From assembly GCA_051013385.1 (NCBI GenBank), contig CP143273.1, positions 320,001 through 384,000 on the forward strand: a DNA stretch of 64,000 bases. The letters run 5' to 3'. A program made the position numbers and the translations under genes. The notes under the pieces are model-generated. The model was given only the letters and a program-made list of their open reading frames with translations. It searched no databases and was not told where the DNA came from. This DNA comes from Phormidium sp. Lineage in GTDB: Bacteria > Cyanobacteriota > Cyanobacteriia > Cyanobacteriales > Aerosakkonemataceae. This document shows, in pieces, positions 6,806-16,353 of this stretch (the stretch's first letter is position 1; each line of letters opens with the position of its first letter).

Positions 6806-9460
6806 ATGAGCGATCGCACGGCGATGCCGATGCCAAATATGATTGATGCCACTATTTCTGCCCAAACTTCTGATACTGAGACTTTTAACTGCACTTGGAG
6901 CGGCGAAATTTGTCCGATCGAAGGGGTAATATACCTGGAATGTTCCGACAATACGCGCTTTCGCATCGCGCAGAAACTCACAGAATGGACAGAAGGAAAG
7001 CGGAGTTGGCAAATTATCCCTAGCACTGATTCTACAGGGGAAGTGTCACAGGTAACACTGGTTAGTTCGGAAAATTTAACCAGCGATGCAGAAGCGGCGG
7101 ATATTTGTCAGTTAGTGGGAAGGGTGATACAACTTGGGAAACGTAACTCTTTGGTTCAGTTTAAGATTAAGCGATCGGAACAAAAAACTCTCAAGCTGAC
7201 TTTGGTGAATTCCCACAATCTTAACTTGAAACTCAGTCAATTACTCAAAGTGCAAGCGCAAAGAGTGGGAAAAACTTTGCAAATTTTGAGTGCGGTATCT
7301 ATTGACGAAACTTCGGAAAGTATTGAAGAAACTCAAATTACACCTGTCTCAATTTTACCCACAGGAGAAACTTCTAAAAAATTAGCATCGACTGAAACTC
7401 CACCGCCAAATGATGCTGCTTTAACTGCACTTTTGGAAGAAACGCAACAGTCAGGTTGGCAACTTGCGCCAGCAATTAAACGGCGTGACGGTTGGGAGTG
7501 GGAAGCAGTTTTACCAACAACGGGAAAACGCGCCAGAGTGTTGATTAAAGGCAAAAAAATTAAAGTTTATGAGTATGCGCCAGAGGTTAAAGAAGTAGTT
7601 GAATTAGGAAATACTCAAGAAATAACAATTGATGAGCAAGAAATTTTAAATACTAGATTAATTGTTCGTCCTTTGGGTGCAGCAAAGGGAATTGGTGCTT
7701 CTTGTTTTCAAGTATTTATTGGCCCTTATGAAATAGTAATGGATTGTGGTACTCGTCCGAAAGGTTACGATCCTTTACCAGCGTTAGATCATTTACAAAA
7801 CCCGAATTTACTGTTAATAACTCACGCACATCAAGATCATCTTGGTGCAGTTCCGGTGTTTCATGCACGGTTTCCCGGTGTGAGGATGATTTGCACTCCG
7901 GGAACGCGAGAAATTGCTCATGTGATGTTACAAGATTGTTTGAAAGTTCAGCAAATGAACGAAGATTCGCCGGAACTTTTTGATGAGACGGACTTAGAAA
8001 GGACTTTGTTTCGGTTAGAAACTCAACCAATTGGAGTGGATTTTGAACCTTTACCGGGATTAAAGGTAAGATTTATTAATGCTGGACATATTGTTGGTGC
8101 TGCTTGTATTTATATGCAGTATGGCGATCGCTCTTTAGTCTACACTGGAGATTACAATACTACTTCCAGTCGGACAACGGAAGGTTTGAAATTAGCAGAT
8201 TTGCCAAAAGCAGATATGTTAATTACTGAGTCAACTTATGGCGCAGATAATCATCCTAACCGGAAAGCGCAAGAGAGTGCTTTACTAGAAGCGATCGCAG
8301 AAGTTGTAAAAAATGGTGGTAATGTTTTAGTTCCAGCTTTCGCATTAGGAAGAGCACAGGAAATTATTTTAGCAATTCGCACTTCTGCGGTATTTCATAA
8401 TCTAAAAATTCCCATTTATGTTGATGGGTTAGTCAGAGCAGTTACCGATGTTTTTCGAGATAATTTAACTTTACTTCCCCAAGCAGTTAAAAACTTCGCG
8501 CAACAAAAACAAGAACCTTTCTTCGATCCTAGTTCTCCTTCTCCCGTCATCCCGATTACTTCCCCTAAACAACGACCTTTAGCAATGACAAAACCCAGTG
8601 TAATTATTGCTAGTTCCGGGATGTTAACAGGTGGCCCTTCAATTTATTATGCTACTACTTTGTTAGAAAGGGAAAACTCCGCAATCTTCATTTCTGGTTA
8701 CACTGACGAAGAAAGTCCAGGTCGTTTGTTGCAAAATCTCAACACTGGAGATACGGTAACATTAGAAGGCAAAGAATTAAATGTCAGAGCGCAAGTTCGC
8801 AAGTTTAATTTAAGTGCTCATGCTGACAAAGTTGGTTTAACTCAAGTAATTCATCGAGTAAATCCTCAGCATTTAATATTAATTCACGGTTCCCACCAAG
8901 CATTACATGAACTCTCGCGTGCGGGAGATTTACAAGAGAAATATTATGTTCATATTCCCTCAGTTGGCGATGAAATTGTTTATGGACAAGCACCGGAACA
9001 TTTAAGTGCGAGAAGGATAGCACAATTTGACTTACCGAATGAGTTTGAAGTAAATGTAGAAGCAGAAGTCGAAGGTGCTTGGATTAGGATACCAGAAGAA
9101 ATTATCGAAACAGATCCGCGTTGGCAAATGTTAGCGGGAACCGGAGTTTTAAAAGCGAAATGGGAAGGTTTTCATTTAAAACTGAGTCCGCTAACGCAGA
9201 AAGATATTTTGGTGGAAGAGGCGATCGCATCTGGAGAAGATTGTTGTGCAGTTTGTAAATTTTTCCGTGCGGGAAAATGCAAATCCGAAGATAGTCCATT
9301 ATTTAGTTTTCCCGTAGATCCTACTAGTAAATGTTTAGAATTTATCAGACGGGGTGTAGTAGTAGAAAGCAACGTAGAACCGGAAGATGAAGAGGAAATT
9401 TTCGCAGAAGAAGACGAAGAAATGGATGATTTTTACTTGCTTCCCGAAGATGAAAATTGA
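6806..9460 (+). CDS. MBL-fold beta-CASP nuclease (CPSF73/Ysh1-like) with long N-terminal extension and C-terminal Cys cluster
   Basis: THAHQDH, AGHIVG, YTGD, ESTYG, FALGRAQE, SSGMLTGG, SAHAD, IHG motifs. Confidence 0.9.
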   Translation: MSDRTAMPMPNMIDATISAQTSDTETFNCTWSGEICPIEGVIYLECSDNTRFRIAQKLTEWTEGKRSWQIIPSTDSTGEVSQVTLVSSENLTSDAEAADICQLVGRVIQLGKRNSLVQFKIKRSEQKTLKLTLVNSHNLNLKLSQLLKVQAQRVGKTLQILSAVSIDETSESIEETQITPVSILPTGETSKKLASTETPPPNDAALTALLEETQQSGWQLAPAIKRRDGWEWEAVLPTTGKRARVLIKGKKIKVYEYAPEVKEVVELGNTQEITIDEQEILNTRLIVRPLGAAKGIGASCFQVFIGPYEIVMDCGTRPKGYDPLPALDHLQNPNLLLITHAHQDHLGAVPVFHARFPGVRMICTPGTREIAHVMLQDCLKVQQMNEDSPELFDETDLERTLFRLETQPIGVDFEPLPGLKVRFINAGHIVGAACIYMQYGDRSLVYTGDYNTTSSRTTEGLKLADLPKADMLITESTYGADNHPNRKAQESALLEAIAEVVKNGGNVLVPAFALGRAQEIILAIRTSAVFHNLKIPIYVDGLVRAVTDVFRDNLTLLPQAVKNFAQQKQEPFFDPSSPSPVIPITSPKQRPLAMTKPSVIIASSGMLTGGPSIYYATTLLERENSAIFISGYTDEESPGRLLQNLNTGDTVTLEGKELNVRAQVRKFNLSAHADKVGLTQVIHRVNPQHLILIHGSHQALHELSRAGDLQEKYYVHIPSVGDEIVYGQAPEHLSARRIAQFDLPNEFEVNVEAEVEGAWIRIPEEIIETDPRWQMLAGTGVLKAKWEGFHLKLSPLTQKDILVEEAIASGEDCCAVCKFFRAGKCKSEDSPLFSFPVDPTSKCLEFIRRGVVVESNVEPEDEEEIFAEEDEEMDDFYLLPEDEN

Positions 9461-9490
9461 AACTTTATAAGCTATTTTTAATCCAAAACC

Positions 9491-9522
9491 CTGTAGAGAC
9501 GTTATATATAACGTCTCTACAG
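9491..9522. repeat. Perfect 32-bp palindrome (REP-like); related copy at 19970-19997
   Basis: CTGTAGAGACGTTATATATAACGTCTCTACAG between convergent genes. Confidence 0.85.
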
Positions 9523-9601
9523 TATAGGCAATCAAACGGACAGGTATTACACCTATTTAAGTGTTGAAAAGCTTACCAATTTTGTTAGTCAAACAGGGTA
9601 A

Positions 9602-10264
9602 TTAACTTTTGGGAATAATGCTGGTAGTTGATTTTTGTTTGCCTTTGAACCCAGCAGCAACACCGAAAGCACCCAATGCTAATAGACCTAATGTAGAAGT
9701 TGGTTCGGGAACAGCTTTCAACTCAAGTCGAGCAGAAGATATAATTGCATCATCCTGGTAAACCCAGGGAATAATGCCGTTGTTAGAAGCAAAGACACCC
9801 ATGATCTGTTGCGATGTGAATCCATAGTCGAATAAATTCAGTGTTATGGTGTCAGTTTGCCCTAAAGAAGGTATCCCAGGTATATTAGGTATTGCTATGC
9901 CTGTAACTCCAGGAATACCAGTTGTATCTGTCGTTATCAAACCGCTTTTTGGCGTTAAAGTTAAAGTCAGCACTGCTGAAGCTAAGTCGGTTGAACCAGT
10001 AAAAACTTCATAATTAGGGTCATTGGTGAAATCAAAGTTCCAGCTTGTATGTTCATCAATACCGTCACCTAATGTCAAAACAAAATCTTGGATAGGTCGA
10101 ATTAAAAAATCGCCATTTTGTAAGCTTTGACCGTTAATGATCGGAGGGGTAGGGGAACCAGATACTTCAGAGACTATGCTAAAAGCAAGTGCTTTTGCAG
10201 GCATTAAAGAACCTAAAGCTATGAAGGCGGCAGTAGCGATCGATAATTTTTTGCAAGTAGCCAT
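9602..10264 (-). CDS. PEP-CTERM sorting domain protein
   Basis: Signal peptide; C-terminal VPEPTSTLGLLALGAFG followed by a basic tail. Confidence 0.9.
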   Translation of the reverse strand: MATCKKLSIATAAFIALGSLMPAKALAFSIVSEVSGSPTPPIINGQSLQNGDFLIRPIQDFVLTLGDGIDEHTSWNFDFTNDPNYEVFTGSTDLASAVLTLTLTPKSGLITTDTTGIPGVTGIAIPNIPGIPSLGQTDTITLNLFDYGFTSQQIMGVFASNNGIIPWVYQDDAIISSARLELKAVPEPTSTLGLLALGAFGVAAGFKGKQKSTTSIIPKS

Positions 10265-11015
10265 GTCTAAATTTCTCCTCGATTTCAGAGTAAAGTTTGC
10301 ACCATAATTTAGGGCACGATAAATAAGCCATATCCTATGTATCGCGTATGGTAGTTACCAACCTAAGCGAGATAGTTGGACTTTATTTATAATTCAGCAG
10401 TCAGAATTCAAAAGGCAAAAACATCCTGTATTCTGACCCCTAAAAAAGCTTGTTTTGTACCGTTTTAGCTTGGTAGTTTTTATGGAAATAGCTTCAGCTT
10501 TTCTGTTCACCTAAGATATTAAGCTGGCTTTGAGTATCTTTATAAGGACAGGGCAAGATATCAAAGCAGTTTTAAGATCAAAGTCAGCCTTGTGATTATC
10601 AAGTTTGGCTATCAATCAGCAGATACTTTGTTTGATCCTAACGGGTTTTAAAGCTTACTTCAAGAAGCTTTCAGCCCTGTTGCTGCTCCCTGAAGCGTCT
10701 TTTTATTTAGCACCCTATTAATAATCAATATCGTATACGCATTTCTCTTGAAAAAGATTACTTTTAAAAATCCTTTATAGAAACTTCACAGTATTTTTAC
10801 AAAAAAGACAGTTTGAACCAGCAAAAATACTTAAAAATCTCAGTTTTTGGTTGTTAAATTAGTGATGGTCGGGAATTTATAGTAGGTAGTATGTAGTGAA
10901 ATTTACTGATTAGTACATAGTACAACTTTATGTGCGAGTTGGAGGTACAGAATGTGAATTTATGTAGTAAACTAACCAAAAGCAAAAATAGTTATTTTGC
11001 TTTTACAACTATCAT

Positions 11016-11591
11016 TTAAAAAGAAGATACCGGTTCTTTTAAAAACTCTGCTTCTTCCGGCGTTGTCTCCCTTCCTAAAATTTGATTGCGATGGGGAAAC
11101 CTACCGAAACGCTCGATTATTTTTAAATGTTTAATGGCATAATCAATACAACTAACACTATCAAGATCGTCGCGCAGTTGTTCAAATAATGCCAAAGATT
11201 GACGCTGATGTTCTAAATTTTCGCTATGCTCAAAAGGTAGGTAAAAAAACCAGCGTTTTACAGGGATAAATTGGCGATCGAACTCTCGTTCAACAGCATA
11301 TTGTGCGAAAGCGAGTGCTTGCGGATCGGTAGCAAAAGCTTTTGGGCGATCGCGAAACATATTCCGAGGAAATTGATCGCACAAAATAATTAATGCTAAA
11401 CAACTTTCTGGGTGATCTTGCCAATAATTTAGTTTACCAGATGCCGCTAATTCATAATCAGATAAAAAGCGGGTTTTCACTTGTTGGTCAAATTCTGAGT
11501 TTTTGCTAAACCAAACATCGCGAGGTTTGCCATAATTGGATCGATCGGGCGTACCGAACCAAAAGTTTAAAATTTCCTGAAAGTTTGCCAT
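11016..11591 (-). CDS. DUF924 family protein
   Basis: ILNFWF, DQFPRNMFR, YLPFEHSE, IIERFGRFPHRN..LGR motifs. Confidence 0.92.
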   Translation of the reverse strand: MANFQEILNFWFGTPDRSNYGKPRDVWFSKNSEFDQQVKTRFLSDYELAASGKLNYWQDHPESCLALIILCDQFPRNMFRDRPKAFATDPQALAFAQYAVEREFDRQFIPVKRWFFYLPFEHSENLEHQRQSLALFEQLRDDLDSVSCIDYAIKHLKIIERFGRFPHRNQILGRETTPEEAEFLKEPVSSF

Positions 11592-11652
11592 AATTAATTG
11601 AGCTTGCTACACAGTTTAAAATTATTAAACCATCAGGGAAGCGGAAGAACTC

Positions 11653-12762
11653 ATGAAAGTAAAAGCAGCAGTTGCCCATAGTTCCAAACAACCTTTAAGC
11701 ATTGAAATGGTTGATTTAGAAGGGCCAAAAGAAGGGGAAGTTTTGGTAGAAATTAAAGCAAGTGGAGTTTGTCATACTGATGCTTTTACCCTTTCCGGTG
11801 CCGATCCAGAAGGGCTTTTTCCTGCTATTTTAGGGCATGAAGGGGCAGGAATTGTGGTGGAAGTAGGATCGGGGGTGAAAAGTTTACAAAAGGGCGATCG
11901 CGTAATTCCCCTTTACATACCCGAATGTCGCCATTGCAAATTTTGTCTTTCCGGTAAAACAAACCTCTGTCAAGCTATTAGAGAAACCCAAGGAAAAGGC
12001 GTAATGCCAGATGGTAGTAGTCGCTTTTCTTTGGATGGGAAAATGTTACATCATTATATGGGAACTTCGACTTTTGCTAATTATACAGTAGTCCCAGAAA
12101 TTGCCTTAGCAAAAATTCGGGAAGATGCACCTTTAGAAAAAGTTTGTTTGCTAGGATGTGGCATTACAACTGGAATTGGTGCAGTAATTAATACCGCAAA
12201 AGTGCAAGTAGGAGATAATGTTGTAGTTTTCGGTTTAGGTGGAGTTGGTTTAAGTGTAATTCAAGGTGCAAAATTAGCTGGTGCTAACATGATTATTGGG
12301 GTAGATATTAACCCGAATAAAAAGGCATTAGGCGAAAAATTAGGAATGACTCATTTCGTCAATCCGAAAGAAGTAGAAGGCGATTTAGTTCCTTATTTGG
12401 TAAACTTAACTAATGGTGGTGCTGACTTTACTTTTGAATGTATTGGCAATGTAAATATCATGCGTCAAGCATTAGAATGTTGTCACAAAGGTTGGGGAAC
12501 TTGTGTAATTGTTGGCGTTGCTGGCGCTGGCGAAGAAATTTCTACCCGTCCGTTTCAATTAGTTACTGGACGTACTTGGAAAGGTACAGCTTTTGGGGGA
12601 ACGAAAGGACGCACACATCTGCCGAAAATTGTTGATTGGTATATGGAAGGTAAAATAAATATTGATGATTTAATTACCGAATTTATGCCAATTGAAGATA
12701 TTAACAGAGCGTTTGATTTAATGCACGCGGGGAAATCAATTCGGAGTGTGGTTACTTTTTAG
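11653..12762 (+). CDS. frmA: S-(hydroxymethyl)glutathione dehydrogenase / class III ADH
   Basis: [23 protein letters not shown], structural Zn Cys cluster, [12 protein letters not shown]. Confidence 0.95.
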   Translation: MKVKAAVAHSSKQPLSIEMVDLEGPKEGEVLVEIKASGVCHTDAFTLSGADPEGLFPAILGHEGAGIVVEVGSGVKSLQKGDRVIPLYIPECRHCKFCLSGKTNLCQAIRETQGKGVMPDGSSRFSLDGKMLHHYMGTSTFANYTVVPEIALAKIREDAPLEKVCLLGCGITTGIGAVINTAKVQVGDNVVVFGLGGVGLSVIQGAKLAGANMIIGVDINPNKKALGEKLGMTHFVNPKEVEGDLVPYLVNLTNGGADFTFECIGNVNIMRQALECCHKGWGTCVIVGVAGAGEEISTRPFQLVTGRTWKGTAFGGTKGRTHLPKIVDWYMEGKINIDDLITEFMPIEDINRAFDLMHAGKSIRSVVTF

Positions 12763-12819
12763 AGGCAATGACAGGCAGGATGCCTGTCCTACAAGATGGA
12801 AGATTTTTACAAATGACAA

Positions 12820-13530
12820 ATGACGAATAAACAAATGACTGAATCAGGAATTTTTGTACATCAATTTGAACTTGGGCCTTGGGATAATTTTATCTACTTG
12901 ATTGGCGATCGCGCAACTCGTACCTGTGCGGTAGTCGATCCCGCTTGGGATGCACCCACAATATTAGCAGAAGCGGAAAAATTGGATGTGAAAATTACTC
13001 ACATTCTTTGCACTCACAGTCACTTTGATCATGTTAATCGAGTCAACGAAATTTTAGAAGCAACTGACGCGCCAGTTCACATGATGGGAGAAGAAATCGA
13101 TTTTTCTGGGTTTAAATGTGAAAACTTAGTGCGTCATTCTCCCGGTGATAGTTTAACCATTGGTCAACATTTAGAAATTACCATGATGCACACACCCGGA
13201 CATACTCCCGGATGCACAAGTTACCGAATTCCTGATGCTTTAGTCACCGGAGATACGCTGTTTGTAAATGGTTGTGGACGCTGTGATTTCGTTGGCGGAG
13301 ATCCCGAAACCATGTTTTACACATTGCAAGATTTAGTGCGAAAATTACCCCCAGAAACTACCATGTATCCAGGACATAATTACGGCGATAAACCAACAGC
13401 AACCTTAGATATGCAACGGCAAACCAACCCCTACTTACTCTTACCAAAAGTAGAAGATTTTATCAGTCACAGAATGCAAGGAAAAACCCCCAATACACCC
13501 CTTCCCCCCGAACCAAAATGGCATCCCTAA
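12820..13530 (+). CDS. MBL-fold hydrolase, glyoxalase II/ETHE1-like
   Basis: THSHFDH, HTPGHTPG, TGDTLF..GCGR.D, YPGH.Y motifs. Confidence 0.88.
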   Translation: MTNKQMTESGIFVHQFELGPWDNFIYLIGDRATRTCAVVDPAWDAPTILAEAEKLDVKITHILCTHSHFDHVNRVNEILEATDAPVHMMGEEIDFSGFKCENLVRHSPGDSLTIGQHLEITMMHTPGHTPGCTSYRIPDALVTGDTLFVNGCGRCDFVGGDPETMFYTLQDLVRKLPPETTMYPGHNYGDKPTATLDMQRQTNPYLLLPKVEDFISHRMQGKTPNTPLPPEPKWHP

Positions 13531-13584
13531 ATCTCTCTTTCCTTCGCGCTCTTTGCGTCCTTTGCGGTTTAATAAAAAGAGATT

Positions 13585-14394
13585 ATGAGTGAATCAGAAG
13601 CGATCGCAAAAACCCCATCCCCGCGAACCCTAGAAACCTTAAAAAACGACTTCCGTCAACTTGGATTACAACCAGGAATGACAATAATAGTACACAGTTC
13701 CCTTAGTTCATTAGGTTGGGTTTGCGGAGGTTCAGTAACAGTTATTCAAGCTTTAATGGATATCATTACGCCAAATGGTACATTAGTAATGCCTACCCAT
13801 TCCGGCGAATATTCCGATCCAGCTACTTGGGGAAATCCACCAGTTCCGAGTGATTGGTGGTCAATTATTCGGGAAAATATGCCAGCTTTTGACCCTCAAA
13901 TAACCCCGACAAATGGTATGGGAAAAATTGTCGAAACCTTTCGGAATTATCCCCAAGTTTTACGAAGTTATCATCCAGCAGTTTCCTTTGCTGCTTGGGG
14001 AAAACACGCCGAAACTATGATAAAAAATCACTCTTTAGATTACTCCCTTGGCGAATCTTCTCCCCTAGCTCGCCTTTATAATTTAGATGGTTGGGTATTA
14101 TTATTAGGAGTAAGCTACGATAGTTGTACTTGTTTTCATTTAGCTGAGTATAGAATCCCACAAAAACAACAAATTCAGCGTGGTGCTGCTATTTGGGAAA
14201 ATAATCAGCGAGTTTGGAAAAGTTACCAAGATATTGAATTTGATGTAGACTGTTTTGAGCAAATAGGTACTGCTTTTGAACAGACTCAATCTGTTAAAAT
14301 TTCGGCAGTTGGATTGGCAGAAGCAAGGTTTTTTCCAGTAAAATTAGCGGTAGATTTTGCGGTAGATTGGTTGAGTAATAAATTAAGTTGCTAG
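13585..14394 (+). CDS. AAC(3)-family (YokD-like) N-acetyltransferase
   Basis: VHSSLSSLGWVCGG, GTLVMPT, HP..SF.AWG, LLLGV...T.FHLAE motifs. Confidence 0.9.
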   Translation: MSESEAIAKTPSPRTLETLKNDFRQLGLQPGMTIIVHSSLSSLGWVCGGSVTVIQALMDIITPNGTLVMPTHSGEYSDPATWGNPPVPSDWWSIIRENMPAFDPQITPTNGMGKIVETFRNYPQVLRSYHPAVSFAAWGKHAETMIKNHSLDYSLGESSPLARLYNLDGWVLLLGVSYDSCTCFHLAEYRIPQKQQIQRGAAIWENNQRVWKSYQDIEFDVDCFEQIGTAFEQTQSVKISAVGLAEARFFPVKLAVDFAVDWLSNKLSC

Positions 14395-14414
14395 TTATGA
14401 GCTTAAGCGTTTTA

Positions 14415-14688
14415 GATCCCCCTAAATCCCCCTTACCCAGGGGGACTTTGAATTCAGTTCCCACCTTACCCAGGGGGACTTTGAATTCAGTTCCCACCTT
14501 ACCCAGGGGGACTTTGAATTCAGTTCCCACCTTACCCAGGGGGACTTTGAATTCAGTTCCCACCTTACCCAGGGGGACTTTGAATTCAGTTCCCACCTTA
14601 CCCAGGGGGACTTTGAATCCAGTTCCCACCTTACCCAGGGGGACTTTGAATCCAGTTCCCCCCTTGTTAAGGGGGGTTAGGGGGGATC
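14415..14688. repeat. GATCCCCC...GGGGATC element containing 7 tandem 33-bp units (LTRR-like)
   Basis: Unit CCTTACCCAGGGGGACTTTGAATTCAGTTCCCA repeated 7 times with no spacers. Confidence 0.9.
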
Positions 14689-14720
14689 AACAATATGTGG
14701 AACTAAAGTAGAGGGGAAAA

Positions 14721-16220
14721 ATGCAAGAATCACAACGTCAAAGATCGTTGCAAGGGTTAGAACAATTTCTCACCACTTCCTTAGCAAGTTTACTGCAAAA
14801 AGATAATGCTACAAAAGCGGAATCTGCAACTTTAGCTTTGTTTCATTCCGTCGCTGCTACGGTTCCCGCTTACCAAAGGTTTTTAAAGGCAGAAAATATT
14901 AACCCGGAAACTATTCAAACTTTAGCTGATTTCTCCCAATTACCGCAAGTTACAAAAGAGAATTATCTAAAAGTTTACTCGTTAGCCCAATTATGTAAAA
15001 ATGGAAATATAGAAAGCTGTGATATCATCGCTGCTTCTTCTGGTTCTACTGGTAAACCGACTTTTTGGCCTAGATTTTTTAGCGATGAATTAGCAATTAC
15101 TATTAGGTTTGAGCAAATATTTCATGATAGCTTTTTTGCTGATAGTCGGCGGACTTTAGCGGTTGTTTGTTTTACTTTGGGAACTTGGGTAGGCGGTTTA
15201 TTTACAACTAATTGTTGTCGCTATCTTGCTAGTAAAGGTTATCCGATTACAGTGATTGCACCGGGAAATAATAAGGAAGAAATCTTCCGAGTTGTGCAAG
15301 AGTTGGGAGGTGCTTTTGAACAGGTGGTTTTGTTGGGATATCCACCATTTATTAAAGATGTGGTTGATACGGGAATTGCGCGAGGTGTTGAATGGCAGAA
15401 GTTTAATATTAAAATGGTGTTTGCGGGGGAAGTTTTTAGTGAGGAATGGCGGAGTTTAGTTGGGGAAAGAGTTGGATCGACTAATTTTTGTTATGACTCT
15501 GCGGCACTTTATGGAACTGCTGATGCGGGAGTTTTGGGAAATGAAACTCCTTTGAGTATTTGCATTCGTCGTTGGTTGGCAAATCATCCTGAAGCGGCAA
15601 AAAGTTTATTTGGCGAATCGCGTTTACCGACTTTGGTACAGTACGATCCTTTGAGTCGGTTTTTTGAAGTGGAAAATGGGCAATTGTTGTTTTCTGGGGA
15701 TAATGGAGTTCCTTTAATTAGATACAATATTTTAGATACTGGTGGGATAATTGCTTATGATGAAATGTTGAGTTTTTTGGGAAGATATGGTTTCGATCCT
15801 TTGACTACTTTGGCGGAAGAAAGACCCATTCGGGAGTTGCCTTTTGTTTATGTTTTTGGTCGATCGAATTTTACTGTTTCCTATTTCGGTGCTAATATTT
15901 ACCCGGAAAATGTCACGGTTGGATTGGAACAACCTTTGATTAAAGAATGGGTGACTGGGAAGTTTGTTTTGCAGGTGAAAGAAGATGCAGATCAAAATAA
16001 ATACCTTTCAATTGTGGTAGAGTTAGCGCCGGGAATTGAAGCTAATGAAGAGATGAAAGTGGCGATCGCTAACTCCATTCTTTCCCAACTGCAACGACTC
16101 AACAGCGAATTCGCTAACTATGTTCCCCAAGCATATCAAACTCCCCAAATCACACTTACTCCAACGGGAGATCCTGAATATTTCCCCATTGGCGTTAAGC
16201 ATCGCTATACCCGAAAATGA
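14721..16220 (+). CDS. Phenylacetate-CoA ligase (PaaK)-family adenylate-forming protein
   Basis: SSGSTGKP, YGTADAG, PLIRYNILD, GRS...GANIYP motifs. Confidence 0.88.
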   Translation: MQESQRQRSLQGLEQFLTTSLASLLQKDNATKAESATLALFHSVAATVPAYQRFLKAENINPETIQTLADFSQLPQVTKENYLKVYSLAQLCKNGNIESCDIIAASSGSTGKPTFWPRFFSDELAITIRFEQIFHDSFFADSRRTLAVVCFTLGTWVGGLFTTNCCRYLASKGYPITVIAPGNNKEEIFRVVQELGGAFEQVVLLGYPPFIKDVVDTGIARGVEWQKFNIKMVFAGEVFSEEWRSLVGERVGSTNFCYDSAALYGTADAGVLGNETPLSICIRRWLANHPEAAKSLFGESRLPTLVQYDPLSRFFEVENGQLLFSGDNGVPLIRYNILDTGGIIAYDEMLSFLGRYGFDPLTTLAEERPIRELPFVYVFGRSNFTVSYFGANIYPENVTVGLEQPLIKEWVTGKFVLQVKEDADQNKYLSIVVELAPGIEANEEMKVAIANSILSQLQRLNSEFANYVPQAYQTPQITLTPTGDPEYFPIGVKHRYTRK

Positions 16221-16235
16221 GAGAAACAGGTAAAA

Positions 16236-16353
16236 GTACGTTGTTGCGCTTTAGCGCCAACTTTCGCGCTGAAGCGCAACAACGTACCTGGTATTCAAAA
16301 AGTACGTTGTTGCGCTTTAGCGCCAACTTTCGCGCTGAAGCGCAACAACGTAC
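16236..16353. repeat. Two identical 52-bp GTACGTTGTTGCGC...GCGCAACAACGTAC palindromes
   Basis: Copies at 16236-16287 and 16302-16353; relatives at 21128-21180, 42492-42545, 46690-46752, 51581-51620. Confidence 0.9.

Noticed and set aside
10309..10717. Possible MITE from TAGGGCACGATAAATAA / TTATTTAGCACCCTA
   Set aside because: The IR is short and imperfect, and no TSD was identified.
13585..14394. Aminoglycoside resistance gene
   Set aside because: YokD-like family membership alone does not show resistance, and there is no mobile context.
14431..14661. Possible CRISPR array, and ORFs 14294-14629 / 14388-14711
   Set aside because: Units are contiguous with no unique spacers, and no cas genes are present. 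The ORFs are by-products of a 33-bp repeat.
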